Shown here in pieces: positions 7,673 through 19,309 of a stretch of DNA of 64,000 nt. Origin of the DNA: an uncultured Prevotella sp. (lineage in GTDB: Bacteria > Bacteroidota > Bacteroidia > Bacteroidales > Bacteroidaceae); NCBI GenBank assembly GCA_937914955.1, contig CALDLQ010000093.1, forward strand, positions 19,489 through 83,488, in the 5' to 3' direction. The notes below the pieces were generated by a model. It was not told the DNA's origin and made no database searches. It saw only the letters and a list, made by a program, of their open reading frames with translations. The position numbers and the translations under genes are program-made. Every line of letters starts with the position of its first letter. Within the stretch, counting starts at the first letter, position 1.

Positions 7673-8680
7673 ATGAGTTTTATATACAGGTCAGCAAAAG
7701 ATGTCTTTAAAGCTATCAAACCATTTGTGAATGATATTCGTGTAGATGCTCTTGGTAACATAATTGCCCACAAAAAAGGTGTGGGGAAGCGTATTATGCT
7801 GATTGCCCACCATGACGTTGTGCGACTTATGGTTTCTCACATAGATGATAATGGTTTCCTTTATGTAAAGCCAGCCGGCAGCATTGATTCCCAGATTCTT
7901 TATGCTAGAAAAGTTGTTATAAGACATGAGGGGAATACAGTTATAGGTGTCATAGGCAAGAAGCCTATCCACCTTATTAGGGAAGAACAGAACGGTAAGG
8001 TAACTTATGATAATCTATGGATCGATATAGGTGCCAGAAATCAGTTGGAAGCCCTACAAATGGTTACTAAAGGCGATTATGCCTACTTTTGTTCTGACAT
8101 AGTAGAACTACCAAATAATCTTGTTACTGGCTCTTACCTTGACAATCAAGTCGGATTAAATGTACTATTAGAGTTAGCAAAACAAATTCACGGAATAGAG
8201 ATACTTTGGGATGTTTTTTTTGTTGCATCAAATCATGAGGAAATTGGAATGAGAGGTGCTTCTGTTGTTGCTCATTCGATAAATCCTGATGTCTGTATCT
8301 GCATAGATGTTACACATGCCACTGACTATCCTACAACGAATGTTATTATCGATGGAGAAATAAAGTTAGGCAAAGGGTGTGTTATAGCGAAAGGGCCAAA
8401 TATTTACCCTGCTTTATTCAAGGGGATGGAAGAAACAGCAATCAAACATAACATAATGTATCAAGTAGAAGCAAGTCCATATCCTACAGGAACGGATGCC
8501 AATGTGTTACAACTATCTGGTGAAGGTGTTAAAACGGCTGTGGTTTCAATTCCATGTAGATACATGCATACTCCCCATGAAGTGTGTTCAGAAGAAGATA
8601 TTGATTCGGTAATAAGGATTATAGGTGATTTTATGCGTACAGAATACGTTTCAAATTTTCTTATTGATAACAGCATATAG
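7673..8680 (+). CDS. M42-family metallo-aminopeptidase
   Basis: DALGN, IAHHD, LWIDIGA, LDNQVG, HEEIG.RGA, IDVTHATD, GTDA, SIPCRYMHTP.E. Confidence 0.9.
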   Translation: MSFIYRSAKDVFKAIKPFVNDIRVDALGNIIAHKKGVGKRIMLIAHHDVVRLMVSHIDDNGFLYVKPAGSIDSQILYARKVVIRHEGNTVIGVIGKKPIHLIREEQNGKVTYDNLWIDIGARNQLEALQMVTKGDYAYFCSDIVELPNNLVTGSYLDNQVGLNVLLELAKQIHGIEILWDVFFVASNHEEIGMRGASVVAHSINPDVCICIDVTHATDYPTTNVIIDGEIKLGKGCVIAKGPNIYPALFKGMEETAIKHNIMYQVEASPYPTGTDANVLQLSGEGVKTAVVSIPCRYMHTPHEVCSEEDIDSVIRIIGDFMRTEYVSNFLIDNSI

Positions 8681-8708
8681 TTAATCCCCAAATATATTCA
8701 ACTACAAT

Positions 8709-9674
8709 ATGGCCGCAAAACGAATAGATTGGAATTTCGATGGTTACAAGAGAGAGGCCCACTTCTTCCTTTGTGGAGCGTTTGAGTCTTTTAAGTTTAT
8801 AAGCGCCTTTTTGCAGATAGCGAAGCAATGTCCGAGTATGTTGAAGGATAATGTTGTGATTGAAAGCGTATTTGGCTCTCCCACATGCGTTTGGAATGGT
8901 GGCCGTGCATTGGCAAATGTCTATTACAACAAGAAACAGCTACAAAACATTCGTGATACTTATGCGAACCTTGGCGTCAAAGTAAGGTTTATATTTACAA
9001 ATCCCTTTTTAAATGAGTATGACTTGCACGATAGATATTGTAACTTGATTATGGATGTTTTTAAGGAGTTGTCTCCCGAAGTGGTTGTTTATTCTCCGCT
9101 GTTGGAGGATTATCTTAGAATTGTATATCCTACAGCCTCTTTTATCAGTTCGACAACGAAACGTCTTCGTTCTAGTGAAGCACAGTTGAATGAATTTAAT
9201 CATGGTTATAAGTATGTTTGCCTTGATTATGACTACAATTATGATTTTGTTTTTCTCAATAGCATTCCTATGCACGAGAGAGATAAAGTTGAAATACTCA
9301 TAAACTCTACTTGTCCCAAAGGATGTAGTGCAAGAGTCCTACACCAAGAGTTTTCTGCAAAACGACAGTTGGAATTCAACAGTGATGAAGATTGTGAGTC
9401 GGAAGTATTCTATAAGGAGTGCCCTAAAATTAAAAGGATTATGATTCCATCTTCTTCTCCTCGTGACAGTACAAGAGACATATACATTGGAACCAATTAT
9501 ATATTCCCACAAGATTTGGATATGTATTTGGAAAAGGGCTTCTGCCATTTCAAAATCCAAGGACGTGAACTCTCGACAGGTAAATTGTTTGCAGAGTTTC
9601 TTCCTTATTTGATAAGACCAGAATTCTATCCAATAGCATTGTCGATTATCGATAAAAGCAATAACAATGGATAA
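8709..9674 (+). CDS. Divergent U32-family-like (RlhA/TrhP/UbiUV-type) putative Fe-S protein
   Basis: 'WNGGR', 'FTN', 'ISSTTK', 'EILINSTCPKGC..R..H' with further Cys, and 'HFKIQGR' (cf. the U32 K[IL]EGR motif). Confidence 0.55.
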   Translation: MAAKRIDWNFDGYKREAHFFLCGAFESFKFISAFLQIAKQCPSMLKDNVVIESVFGSPTCVWNGGRALANVYYNKKQLQNIRDTYANLGVKVRFIFTNPFLNEYDLHDRYCNLIMDVFKELSPEVVVYSPLLEDYLRIVYPTASFISSTTKRLRSSEAQLNEFNHGYKYVCLDYDYNYDFVFLNSIPMHERDKVEILINSTCPKGCSARVLHQEFSAKRQLEFNSDEDCESEVFYKECPKIKRIMIPSSSPRDSTRDIYIGTNYIFPQDLDMYLEKGFCHFKIQGRELSTGKLFAEFLPYLIRPEFYPIALSIIDKSNNNG

Positions 9675-10317
9675 ACAATACTTTTTTAACACAAGAATAA
9701 CTTATGGGTAAAGAAAACAACAAATCAAATAGTGTAGCGGGTGTTCTGATTAACCAAGACCTCTCATTGCTGATACAAGCTGTGTTGCATGTGGATAAAG
9801 AATATCTTTCATATGCGGACACAAATGCCAATGCTGGCGATAGAAAAGATCAAATTAATCAATTGGAACGTGTGTTTGCTTATGAGTTATATCACCAATG
9901 GTCACTGCTTAAGGATGATAATCTGGTGTTAAATGGGGAGATAGGCAAACTATGGAATAACGAAACAAGCTATCCAGACTTGATACTTCATGGCGGTCAA
10001 AACGATTTTGGTAATAATAAATTGTTGTAGAGATTAAGCGTGAATGTATGGTTAAAGGAAAACCAGAAGCTATCCTTGACGATTTAGAAAAACTGTCTGC
10101 TTTTCTTGAAACAGTCGAGAAAGATGATAAATTTGGAAGTTATCGTAATTATGATCATGCTGTGTTTCTTTTGCTTAAAGGCGAACTCAATGAAATAACA
10201 AGAGCCTTGGAAAGCAAAAAGGCTTCAGAAAAAAACTCAATGATAATGTCATCTGTATGTCTTACAACGAAGAGAAAAAAAATAAGAATGGCATGTCTTG
10301 CAGATTTGAAAAAGTAG
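9667..10317 (+). pseudogene. Frameshifted PD-(D/E)xK-nuclease-like gene
   Basis: Joining frames gives 'ERVFAYELYHQW...YPDLILH...NNK(I)VVEIKR..MVKG...DLEKL'. Frame breaks at ~9685-9708 and ~10020, and probably ~10230/10280, fall in homopolymer runs. Confidence 0.65.
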
Positions 10318-10364
10318 AAGTTAGATGGTGAAATATGAAATAAATCGAGAAAAGTATTTCCTTT

Positions 10365-10556
10365 ATGATAGTATCAGTAACATGCCCTAATTGTGGCAAT
10401 CCAGTCGTTTTTAATTTGGAACCGCCTATATGTGGTGGTTTTGTAGAGTGTTGTTATAATTGTTCTGCTACCGTTTCTGGCTCATATAGTTGGGGGAACA
10501 ATAATACTCCCATTATTCGCTATGTGCGGTCGAGTGGCGGATATAAGAAACGGTAG
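10365..10556 (+). CDS. Small Cys-rich zinc-ribbon-like protein
   Basis: CPNCG...CCYNC in 63 aa. Confidence 0.55.
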   Translation: MIVSVTCPNCGNPVVFNLEPPICGGFVECCYNCSATVSGSYSWGNNNTPIIRYVRSSGGYKKR

Positions 10557-10616
10557 CAGGGATATTGGTTTGTTGAATATTAAGTGATAAATAGAACTTA
10601 TTAATAATGCAAAAAT

Positions 10617-10811
10617 ATGGGATTTATAAATGATTTTAAGAAAGGCTATCAAGATGGCCAAAATGGCAAGTATAACACTCTTGGTGTTATCATATTGATT
10701 GTTATTGCGCTTTACTTTATTCAAAAGTGGACAGGCTTACCTGTGTTTGATTGGGCAAAGAGTGCAGCAGTCTGGATTTGGAATGGGATAATGTCCCTTC
10801 AAGAAAAATAG
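10617..10811 (+). CDS. Small membrane protein
   Basis: 64 aa with the hydrophobic stretch 'LGVIILIVIALYFI' and an AT-rich start context. Confidence 0.6.
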   Translation: MGFINDFKKGYQDGQNGKYNTLGVIILIVIALYFIQKWTGLPVFDWAKSAAVWIWNGIMSLQEK

Positions 10812-10919
10812 TTGGACTTCATTCTTGAGTAGTAATGGGAAGTGTGACAGTGTTGGTGAATTGTCCTAATTGCTTCTGCTTAGTTGCTGTAAAGTGGAGA
10901 TTATAAAGAAGGGAAATCT

Positions 10920-11345
10920 ATGGTAGCCAAACAGCATAGTATGTTGCTCGCTTTCGATGAATGCAACATGAAATACTTCGAGGGCAAGTTGCCTTTCCCC
11001 CAGTTTGACCTGCTGCACTCCTTTAGGACGTGCGGCTACTTCAATTGTGACTATAAGCAAGGGTGGTTTAGCAGGACGCTGTATAACTTCCGCATATCAA
11101 TGACGGACTATTATGACTTCACTCCAAAACAGTTTGAAGACATACTGGTGCATGAGATGATTCATTACTATCTGGCATACTTCGGAATAGACAAAAGCAT
11201 AAGTCATGGGCGGGAGTTTAAGAAAATGGCTAAGCGGCTGAATCAGACTTATGGCTTGAATATCACGAAGACATTAGACATCTCGCAATATAAAAGAAGA
11301 GAAGGCACGCCGACGATTTCTTACTGGTTGGCACAATGGTTTTGA
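10920..11345 (+). CDS. SprT-like zinc metalloprotease domain protein
   Basis: 'N.KYFEG.LP', HEMIH, 'SHGREFK'. Confidence 0.85.
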   Translation: MVAKQHSMLLAFDECNMKYFEGKLPFPQFDLLHSFRTCGYFNCDYKQGWFSRTLYNFRISMTDYYDFTPKQFEDILVHEMIHYYLAYFGIDKSISHGREFKKMAKRLNQTYGLNITKTLDISQYKRREGTPTISYWLAQWF

Positions 11346-11347
11346 GT

Positions 11348-11506
11348 ATGAGGTTTTTCAAAGAGTTTCATGGTTTCTTTTTCGAGTTCAACTCGCTTGG
11401 AGATTATTTCAAGTTTCTGCTTGGCAGGCTTGTCGGTGCTATATTAGGTATTGGGATTTTGTTCGTGATTGGCTATCTCCTCTATTTGTATGGACAAACC
11501 TTATAG
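11348..11506 (+). CDS. Small membrane protein, 52 aa (MRFFKEFHGFFFEFNSLGDYFKFLLGRLVGAILGIGILFVIGYLLYLYGQTL)
   Basis: Translated by hand. It fills the gap exactly, starting 2 nt after the SprT stop and ending 1 nt before the next ATG. Confidence 0.65.
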   Translation: MRFFKEFHGFFFEFNSLGDYFKFLLGRLVGAILGIGILFVIGYLLYLYGQTL

Positions 11507-11507
11507 T

Positions 11508-12032
11508 ATGCGACTACTGGAAATTATGACGGACGACGTGCCGATAGCATGTGGAGACGTGTTTGGTGTGAATGATATGTTGGACGTGCTGAGGGCGTTC
11601 TGCAGGGAGCAGGGCATGGAGATGCCACTTGTGAGGCTGATTGAGGTGGATGACGTACTTAGACCATACGCTGTGTCGCTGCACTTGATGAAGAACGACC
11701 AGATGGATCAGTTTGACGCGGAAGTGATCTTTTTGCTGACGGATTTCCCTGAGAGGGTGGATCGGGAGGCTGAGGCTTGTCGGCTGATTGTGATGGCGAA
11801 GGAGTTCGAAAGGCCTTGCCTGCTGACGACGAGGACTGCTTTCTCACCGCGGCAGGACAACTTCTACGAGCGTTTCGGCTACATGAAAATGCCTGTGACG
11901 TGGTCAGATGAGGCAGACAATGAATATGAAGTTTTTCTGAAAGGCCAATTGGAGATGGGCAGTTTTGTGAGTCTGATGGAACGGGTGGAGTATATAGGAA
12001 TGGAAATAGTGTATAGGTATTATGAGTTATGA
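11508..12032 (+). CDS. Hypothetical acidic protein
   Basis: Open frame. ATG 11508 immediately follows the previous stop; no recognisable motif. Confidence 0.6.
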   Translation: MRLLEIMTDDVPIACGDVFGVNDMLDVLRAFCREQGMEMPLVRLIEVDDVLRPYAVSLHLMKNDQMDQFDAEVIFLLTDFPERVDREAEACRLIVMAKEFERPCLLTTRTAFSPRQDNFYERFGYMKMPVTWSDEADNEYEVFLKGQLEMGSFVSLMERVEYIGMEIVYRYYEL

Positions 12033-12061
12033 TTGAGGATGAAAGATTGTGGTTGGATAAT

Positions 12062-12129
12062 TTAGCCAAACAACCAAACAGGATTAGGCCAAATAACCAA
12101 ACGGAATTAGGCCAAATTACCAAATTTGG
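12062..12129. repeat. Three 22-23-bp direct repeats upstream of the ATPase promoter
   Basis: ttagccaaacaaccaaacagga / ttaggccaaataaccaaacggaa / ttaggccaaattaccaaatttgg; -7 box TATCTTTG at 12163-12170. Confidence 0.75.
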
Positions 12130-12194
12130 TTAGAAAATATTTTGTTTTCCAAAGGATTTTTGTATCTTTGCACCATCAATCAAAAAATCATAAT

Positions 12195-13481
12195 ATGGCA
12201 GACAATACAGAATATAAGAAAAGAATTGCAGATGCCTTATTAGCAGATAAACTGGATGCTATGGGAGCCGTGCTGATTGAGGGGCCGAAAGCATGTGGCA
12301 AAACAACTACTGCAGAACAACAAGCCAACAGCATTCTATATATGGATGACCCAGTTAACATGCGGCAGAACTTGCAATTGGCAGAAACAAATATTAAGCG
12401 CCTGTTGCAAGGTGATAATCCTCGACTTATTGACGAATGGCAGATTGCTCCTCAAATTTGGGATGCAGTCCGTTTTGAGACAGACCATAGGAGGGGTGAT
12501 GGACTATTTATGTTGACGGGGTCTGCGGTTCCTGCTGATGACTCTAAGATAAAGCATAGTGGTGCTGGCCGATTTGCATTTCTCACAATGCGCCCTATGA
12601 CCCTTTGGGAATCGGAGGAATCATCTGGAGATGTCAGCCTCAGTAAACTTTTCTCTCATCCTGATAAGATAGATGGAGAAAGTTCACTAATGATGGAGGA
12701 TGTCGCATTTGCAATCTGCCGAGGGGGATGGCCAATGTCATTGAACAAAAAGACTAAGAAAGCCGCATTGAGGCAAGTGACGGAGTATTTCGAAGCTATA
12801 ACACGTTCTGATATTTCAAGGGTTGACGGCGTAGAGAGAGACGAATATAGGGCTAAAAGGCTTTTACGTTCCTATGCAAGGTTGCAGGGGGCTATGGCAG
12901 GTATTCCAACCATAGTTGAGGATATGAAGACAAATGAGCCTGAAAGCATGAGCGATGAAACAGTAGTATCCTATATAAAGGCTTTAAAAAAGATCTTTGT
13001 TATTGAAGACATGAAAGCCTGGAATCCAAATTTGCGTTCTAAGACGGCTATTAGGACGAGTGATACAAGATACTTCGTAGATCCATCTTTAGCCATAGCC
13101 GCATTGGGTCTTGGCCCTAACGATCTGCTTAATGATTTGGAAACAATGGGGTTGTTCTTTGAGACTCTCTGTGTACGTGACTTGCGTGTATATGCCGAGG
13201 CTAATGACGGTGAAGTGTTCCATTATAGGGATAAGAACGGACTGGAATGTGATGCAGTCGTTCATCTGAGAAATGGTAATTATGGCTTGATAGAGATTAA
13301 ACTCGGTGGTGATACACGTATTGAAGAAGGTGCAGCAAATCTTAACGCATTGGAAAAAAAGATAGATACGACAAAGATGAAGAATCCATCTTTTAAGATG
13401 GTATTAACGGCTGTCGGACAATATGCGTATATGAGAAAAGATGGTGTGATGGTCGTACCAATTGGCTGCCTAAAAGAATAA
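12195..13481 (+). CDS. AAA_14 ATPase with C-terminal DUF4143 domain
   Basis: GPKACGKTT, LIDEWQ, LTGS, MRPM, GGWP, YFVDPS, FE...RDL, 'HYRD..GLECD' and IEIK. Confidence 0.9.
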   Translation: MADNTEYKKRIADALLADKLDAMGAVLIEGPKACGKTTTAEQQANSILYMDDPVNMRQNLQLAETNIKRLLQGDNPRLIDEWQIAPQIWDAVRFETDHRRGDGLFMLTGSAVPADDSKIKHSGAGRFAFLTMRPMTLWESEESSGDVSLSKLFSHPDKIDGESSLMMEDVAFAICRGGWPMSLNKKTKKAALRQVTEYFEAITRSDISRVDGVERDEYRAKRLLRSYARLQGAMAGIPTIVEDMKTNEPESMSDETVVSYIKALKKIFVIEDMKAWNPNLRSKTAIRTSDTRYFVDPSLAIAALGLGPNDLLNDLETMGLFFETLCVRDLRVYAEANDGEVFHYRDKNGLECDAVVHLRNGNYGLIEIKLGGDTRIEEGAANLNALEKKIDTTKMKNPSFKMVLTAVGQYAYMRKDGVMVVPIGCLKE

Positions 13482-13527
13482 CCAGTATCGACAGTCAAAT
13501 TCGGAAAGGAAATCGTGTATAGAAACT

Positions 13528-14578
13528 ATGAACAGCGATAGGAAGTATAGCCTGAACTATGGGCAGATGCTCAAGAACAGGATGTCGGTGGTTTTCGATG
13601 ACATCGGCATAGAGGAAGGGGAGGAAGTGGAGCGGATGTGGCTCTCTGATATTATCGACGGGAAGTATGTTGAGGATTATGTGGTAGTGCGCCGGTCTGC
13701 GTACGATATTGAGACGGATGAGGCAGGGGCTGTGCTGGCGAAGATAGAGAACGGACGGATGCTGGTGAAGGCTCCTGACGTGGCGTATTATCGGATTCCT
13801 GAGGATGTCTATCGGATTGCTGTCAATGCTTTCAAGGATTGTAATGCGTTGGAAGAACTGGATGTGCCTTATATGGTGGATGACTATGAAATAGACAATG
13901 CCTTGAAACAATGCGACCATCAGTTTAAGGTGCATCTGTGGAACTGGTCGTATGACAGCACGAGAAGTGAACAACTGGAGAAGGAGATTGCAGAGGGGTA
14001 TGTTGATGAATATGGATTCGTGTACAGTCAGGACCGCAAACGGCTCTTGAAGGCTGCACCCAAGGTGAAGGAGTATTGGATTCCCGAGGGGGTGGAGAAG
14101 ATAGACCATCTGGCTTTTCATCATTGTGTGTTCGAGGACTTGCACCTCCCCTCTACCTGCAGGATGGAGGAATGGCCCTCGGAGGAATACCCCGTGTTTG
14201 GCAATGAGCGTATTCAGGGTTGTATCTGGCCGTGGGAGGAGCCATATTAGGCATTGGCGTATTGTTCCTGATTGGCTATCTTTCTGGACAAAGGACTATG
14301 CGAATCGTGATGAGGAGACGTGGGCGTTTGAGGATGAGGGGGAGTATCGTGTGGATGAACATGGTATCGGCTATAGTCTGGATGGGCATCGGCTGTTGTT
14401 TGCTCGTGCTGAATTCAAGGCGGAAGAGTACCATGTGCCAGAAGGTGTAGTGACGATTTGTTCGATGGCCTTTGCTTCGTGCCGTCAGTTCGTCAAGCTG
14501 CATATCCCGCGTTCTGTGCGTCTGATAGGTGATTTCGTGTTCGGCACTGGTGGTGGGAAGATTGTGATCAGGGACTAA
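13528..14578 (+). pseudogene. BspA-like leucine-rich-repeat (LRR_5) gene split into two frames
   Basis: Repeated 'DE.G..YS.D..RLL......Y.IPEGV..I...AF..C' units in both 13528-14250 and ~14290-14578. The second frame has no credible start codon. Confidence 0.65.
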
Positions 14579-14721
14579 AGATGTTGTGCAGACTTTACGG
14601 CCAAATGCCTTTGTGAGAATGGAACATTGCATAGAGCAGAATTGTAGCTTTTGGAGAGATTGTTTTTTTATGGCCTTTTTTTTGCCTATCTTGAAATTAT
14701 TCTATAATTTTGCACACCAAT

Positions 14722-15225
14722 ATGAAAGATGTGAAAGTGAAAGACATTGCGCTGCAGCATGCTGCGGGCGAGGGCATGGATGCTTTCGTGCAGGTTTTCG
14801 TCGATGCCATCAAGGAAAGCATAGGTGGAGAACTGACGGCGGAAACCATGGCCGAACTGAACGTTGACCAGATTACGCTGTTGGGCTACCACATGCTGCG
14901 TGAGGAGGTGATGGAAGGTGGATTTGTGCAGCTCATCCATAACGGGCTGGGCAGTTTCATCTTTCTCAACCCCTTTGCCAAGGTGCTGAAACTCTGGGGG
15001 CTGAAAGAGCTGAGCAAGATGATTTACGAGGTGCGCCGACTGTATGCTCAGTACTACGAGGAGATAGAGCGCGACTGTAGCGACGAAGAGTTCGTGGCTT
15101 TGTACGAGCGTTTCCCTGAGTTTGAGGATTACGATGACGACTTCATCGAGAACGAGGAGGACTGGACGGAGCAGGTGGCACGCCATGTAGATGAGAACAT
15201 TGAGAATTTTGCGAAGATAATATGA
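14722..15225 (+). CDS. DMP19/DUF4375 family acidic protein
   Basis: '[15 protein letters not shown]', very acidic; -7 box TAATTTTG at 14705-14712. Confidence 0.8.
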   Translation: MKDVKVKDIALQHAAGEGMDAFVQVFVDAIKESIGGELTAETMAELNVDQITLLGYHMLREEVMEGGFVQLIHNGLGSFIFLNPFAKVLKLWGLKELSKMIYEVRRLYAQYYEEIERDCSDEEFVALYERFPEFEDYDDDFIENEEDWTEQVARHVDENIENFAKII

Positions 15226-15701
15226 ACAAGGAACAGCAGGAACTCCGCAAAAAGAGTCCCGTACAGATAAAGAACAAGAATGCATCGTTCGAATACTTTT
15301 TTGTGGACGAGTTCACCGCGGGCATTGTGCTCACGGGAACCGAAATAAAGTCAATCCGTGCCGGCAAGGCTTCGCTGGTTGATACCTATTGTTACATCAC
15401 GGGCGGCGAAGTGTGGGTGCGCGGTATGAACATCTCTCCCTATTTCTACGGTTCTTACAGCAATCATGAGGCCAAGCGCGACCGCAAGTTGCTCTTGACG
15501 CGCCGCGAAATACACAAGCTGGAGGAGGCCACCAAGGCGGTGGGGTTCACCATTGTGCCCACGCTGATTTTCATCGACCAGAATGGTCGTGCCAAGGTGG
15601 ACATAGCTCTGGCCAGGGGCAAGAAGATGTACGACAAGCGTCAGTCGATGAAAGAGAAGGAAGACCGGCGCGAAATGGACAGAGCCATTAAACATTACTA
15701 G
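15222..15701 (+). CDS. smpB: SsrA-binding protein
   Basis: [28 protein letters not shown]. Confidence 0.99.
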   Translation: MNKEQQELRKKSPVQIKNKNASFEYFFVDEFTAGIVLTGTEIKSIRAGKASLVDTYCYITGGEVWVRGMNISPYFYGSYSNHEAKRDRKLLLTRREIHKLEEATKAVGFTIVPTLIFIDQNGRAKVDIALARGKKMYDKRQSMKEKEDRREMDRAIKHY

Positions 15702-15710
15702 ATTTCAGGA

Positions 15711-18560
<2,850 letters not shown>

Positions 18561-18562
18561 CG

Positions 18563-19234
18563 ATGAACACGAATACGGGAAGAGAAAAAACTATTAAAGG
18601 TATGGACAAGGTAAAAAACATTGTTTTCGATTTGGGTGGAGTAATCATCACCCTCGATCAACCGCAGGCCGTGCGACGATTTCAGGAACTGGGTGTCAAG
18701 GACGCCGCCGAGCGGCTCGACCCCTACACACAAACGGGCATCTTCGGCGATCTGGAAAAGGGTAGCATTACAGACGAGGACTTCCGCCGCGAGCTCTCTC
18801 GCCTGGCTGGACGTGAGCTCACATACAGCGACTGTTGCTATGCGTGGCAGGGCTATGCCAAGGAGGTGCCACAGCGCAACCTCGATGCACTGGTCAGGCT
18901 TCGTTCCGAAGGCCACCGCATCATTCTGCTCTCCAACACCAACCCTTATATGATGGAGTGGGTGATGAGCGACCGATTCGACGGCCGGGGCCATTCGCTG
19001 GCTCACTACGTTGACGCCATGTATCTGAGTTACGAGATGAAGGTGCTCAAGCCCGACGAAAGTTTCTTCCGGCAGGTGCTCATGAGCGAGCAAATAGTCC
19101 CCTCGGACACGCTTTTCGTTGACGACGGCCCCCGAAACGTGGCCGCTGCCAGCCAAATAGGCATCCGCACCTTCTGTCCCGAGAACGGTTCCGACTGGAC
19201 TAAGGAGATTTACAAGTACCTGGAGAAGGGCTAG
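18563..19234 (+). CDS. HAD-family phosphatase
   Basis: FDLGGV, LSNTN, KPD, FVDD. Confidence 0.9.
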   Translation: MNTNTGREKTIKGMDKVKNIVFDLGGVIITLDQPQAVRRFQELGVKDAAERLDPYTQTGIFGDLEKGSITDEDFRRELSRLAGRELTYSDCCYAWQGYAKEVPQRNLDALVRLRSEGHRIILLSNTNPYMMEWVMSDRFDGRGHSLAHYVDAMYLSYEMKVLKPDESFFRQVLMSEQIVPSDTLFVDDGPRNVAAASQIGIRTFCPENGSDWTKEIYKYLEKG

Positions 19235-19309
19235 GGGGCTGACCCTGAAAACTCCAAAGGCTCCGATTATTCCGAATATTCAGAAAGCCCCATAAAAACT
19301 AACAACAAA

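Noticed and set aside
10365..10556. Cys-rich 63-aa ORF as the rSAM substrate
   Set aside because: CxxC pairs at both ends fit a zinc ribbon, there is no leader/core split, and a better candidate lies next to the rSAM gene.
9700..14578. Integron-like cassette array
   Set aside because: No repeated attC-like palindromes between the genes and no integron integrase.
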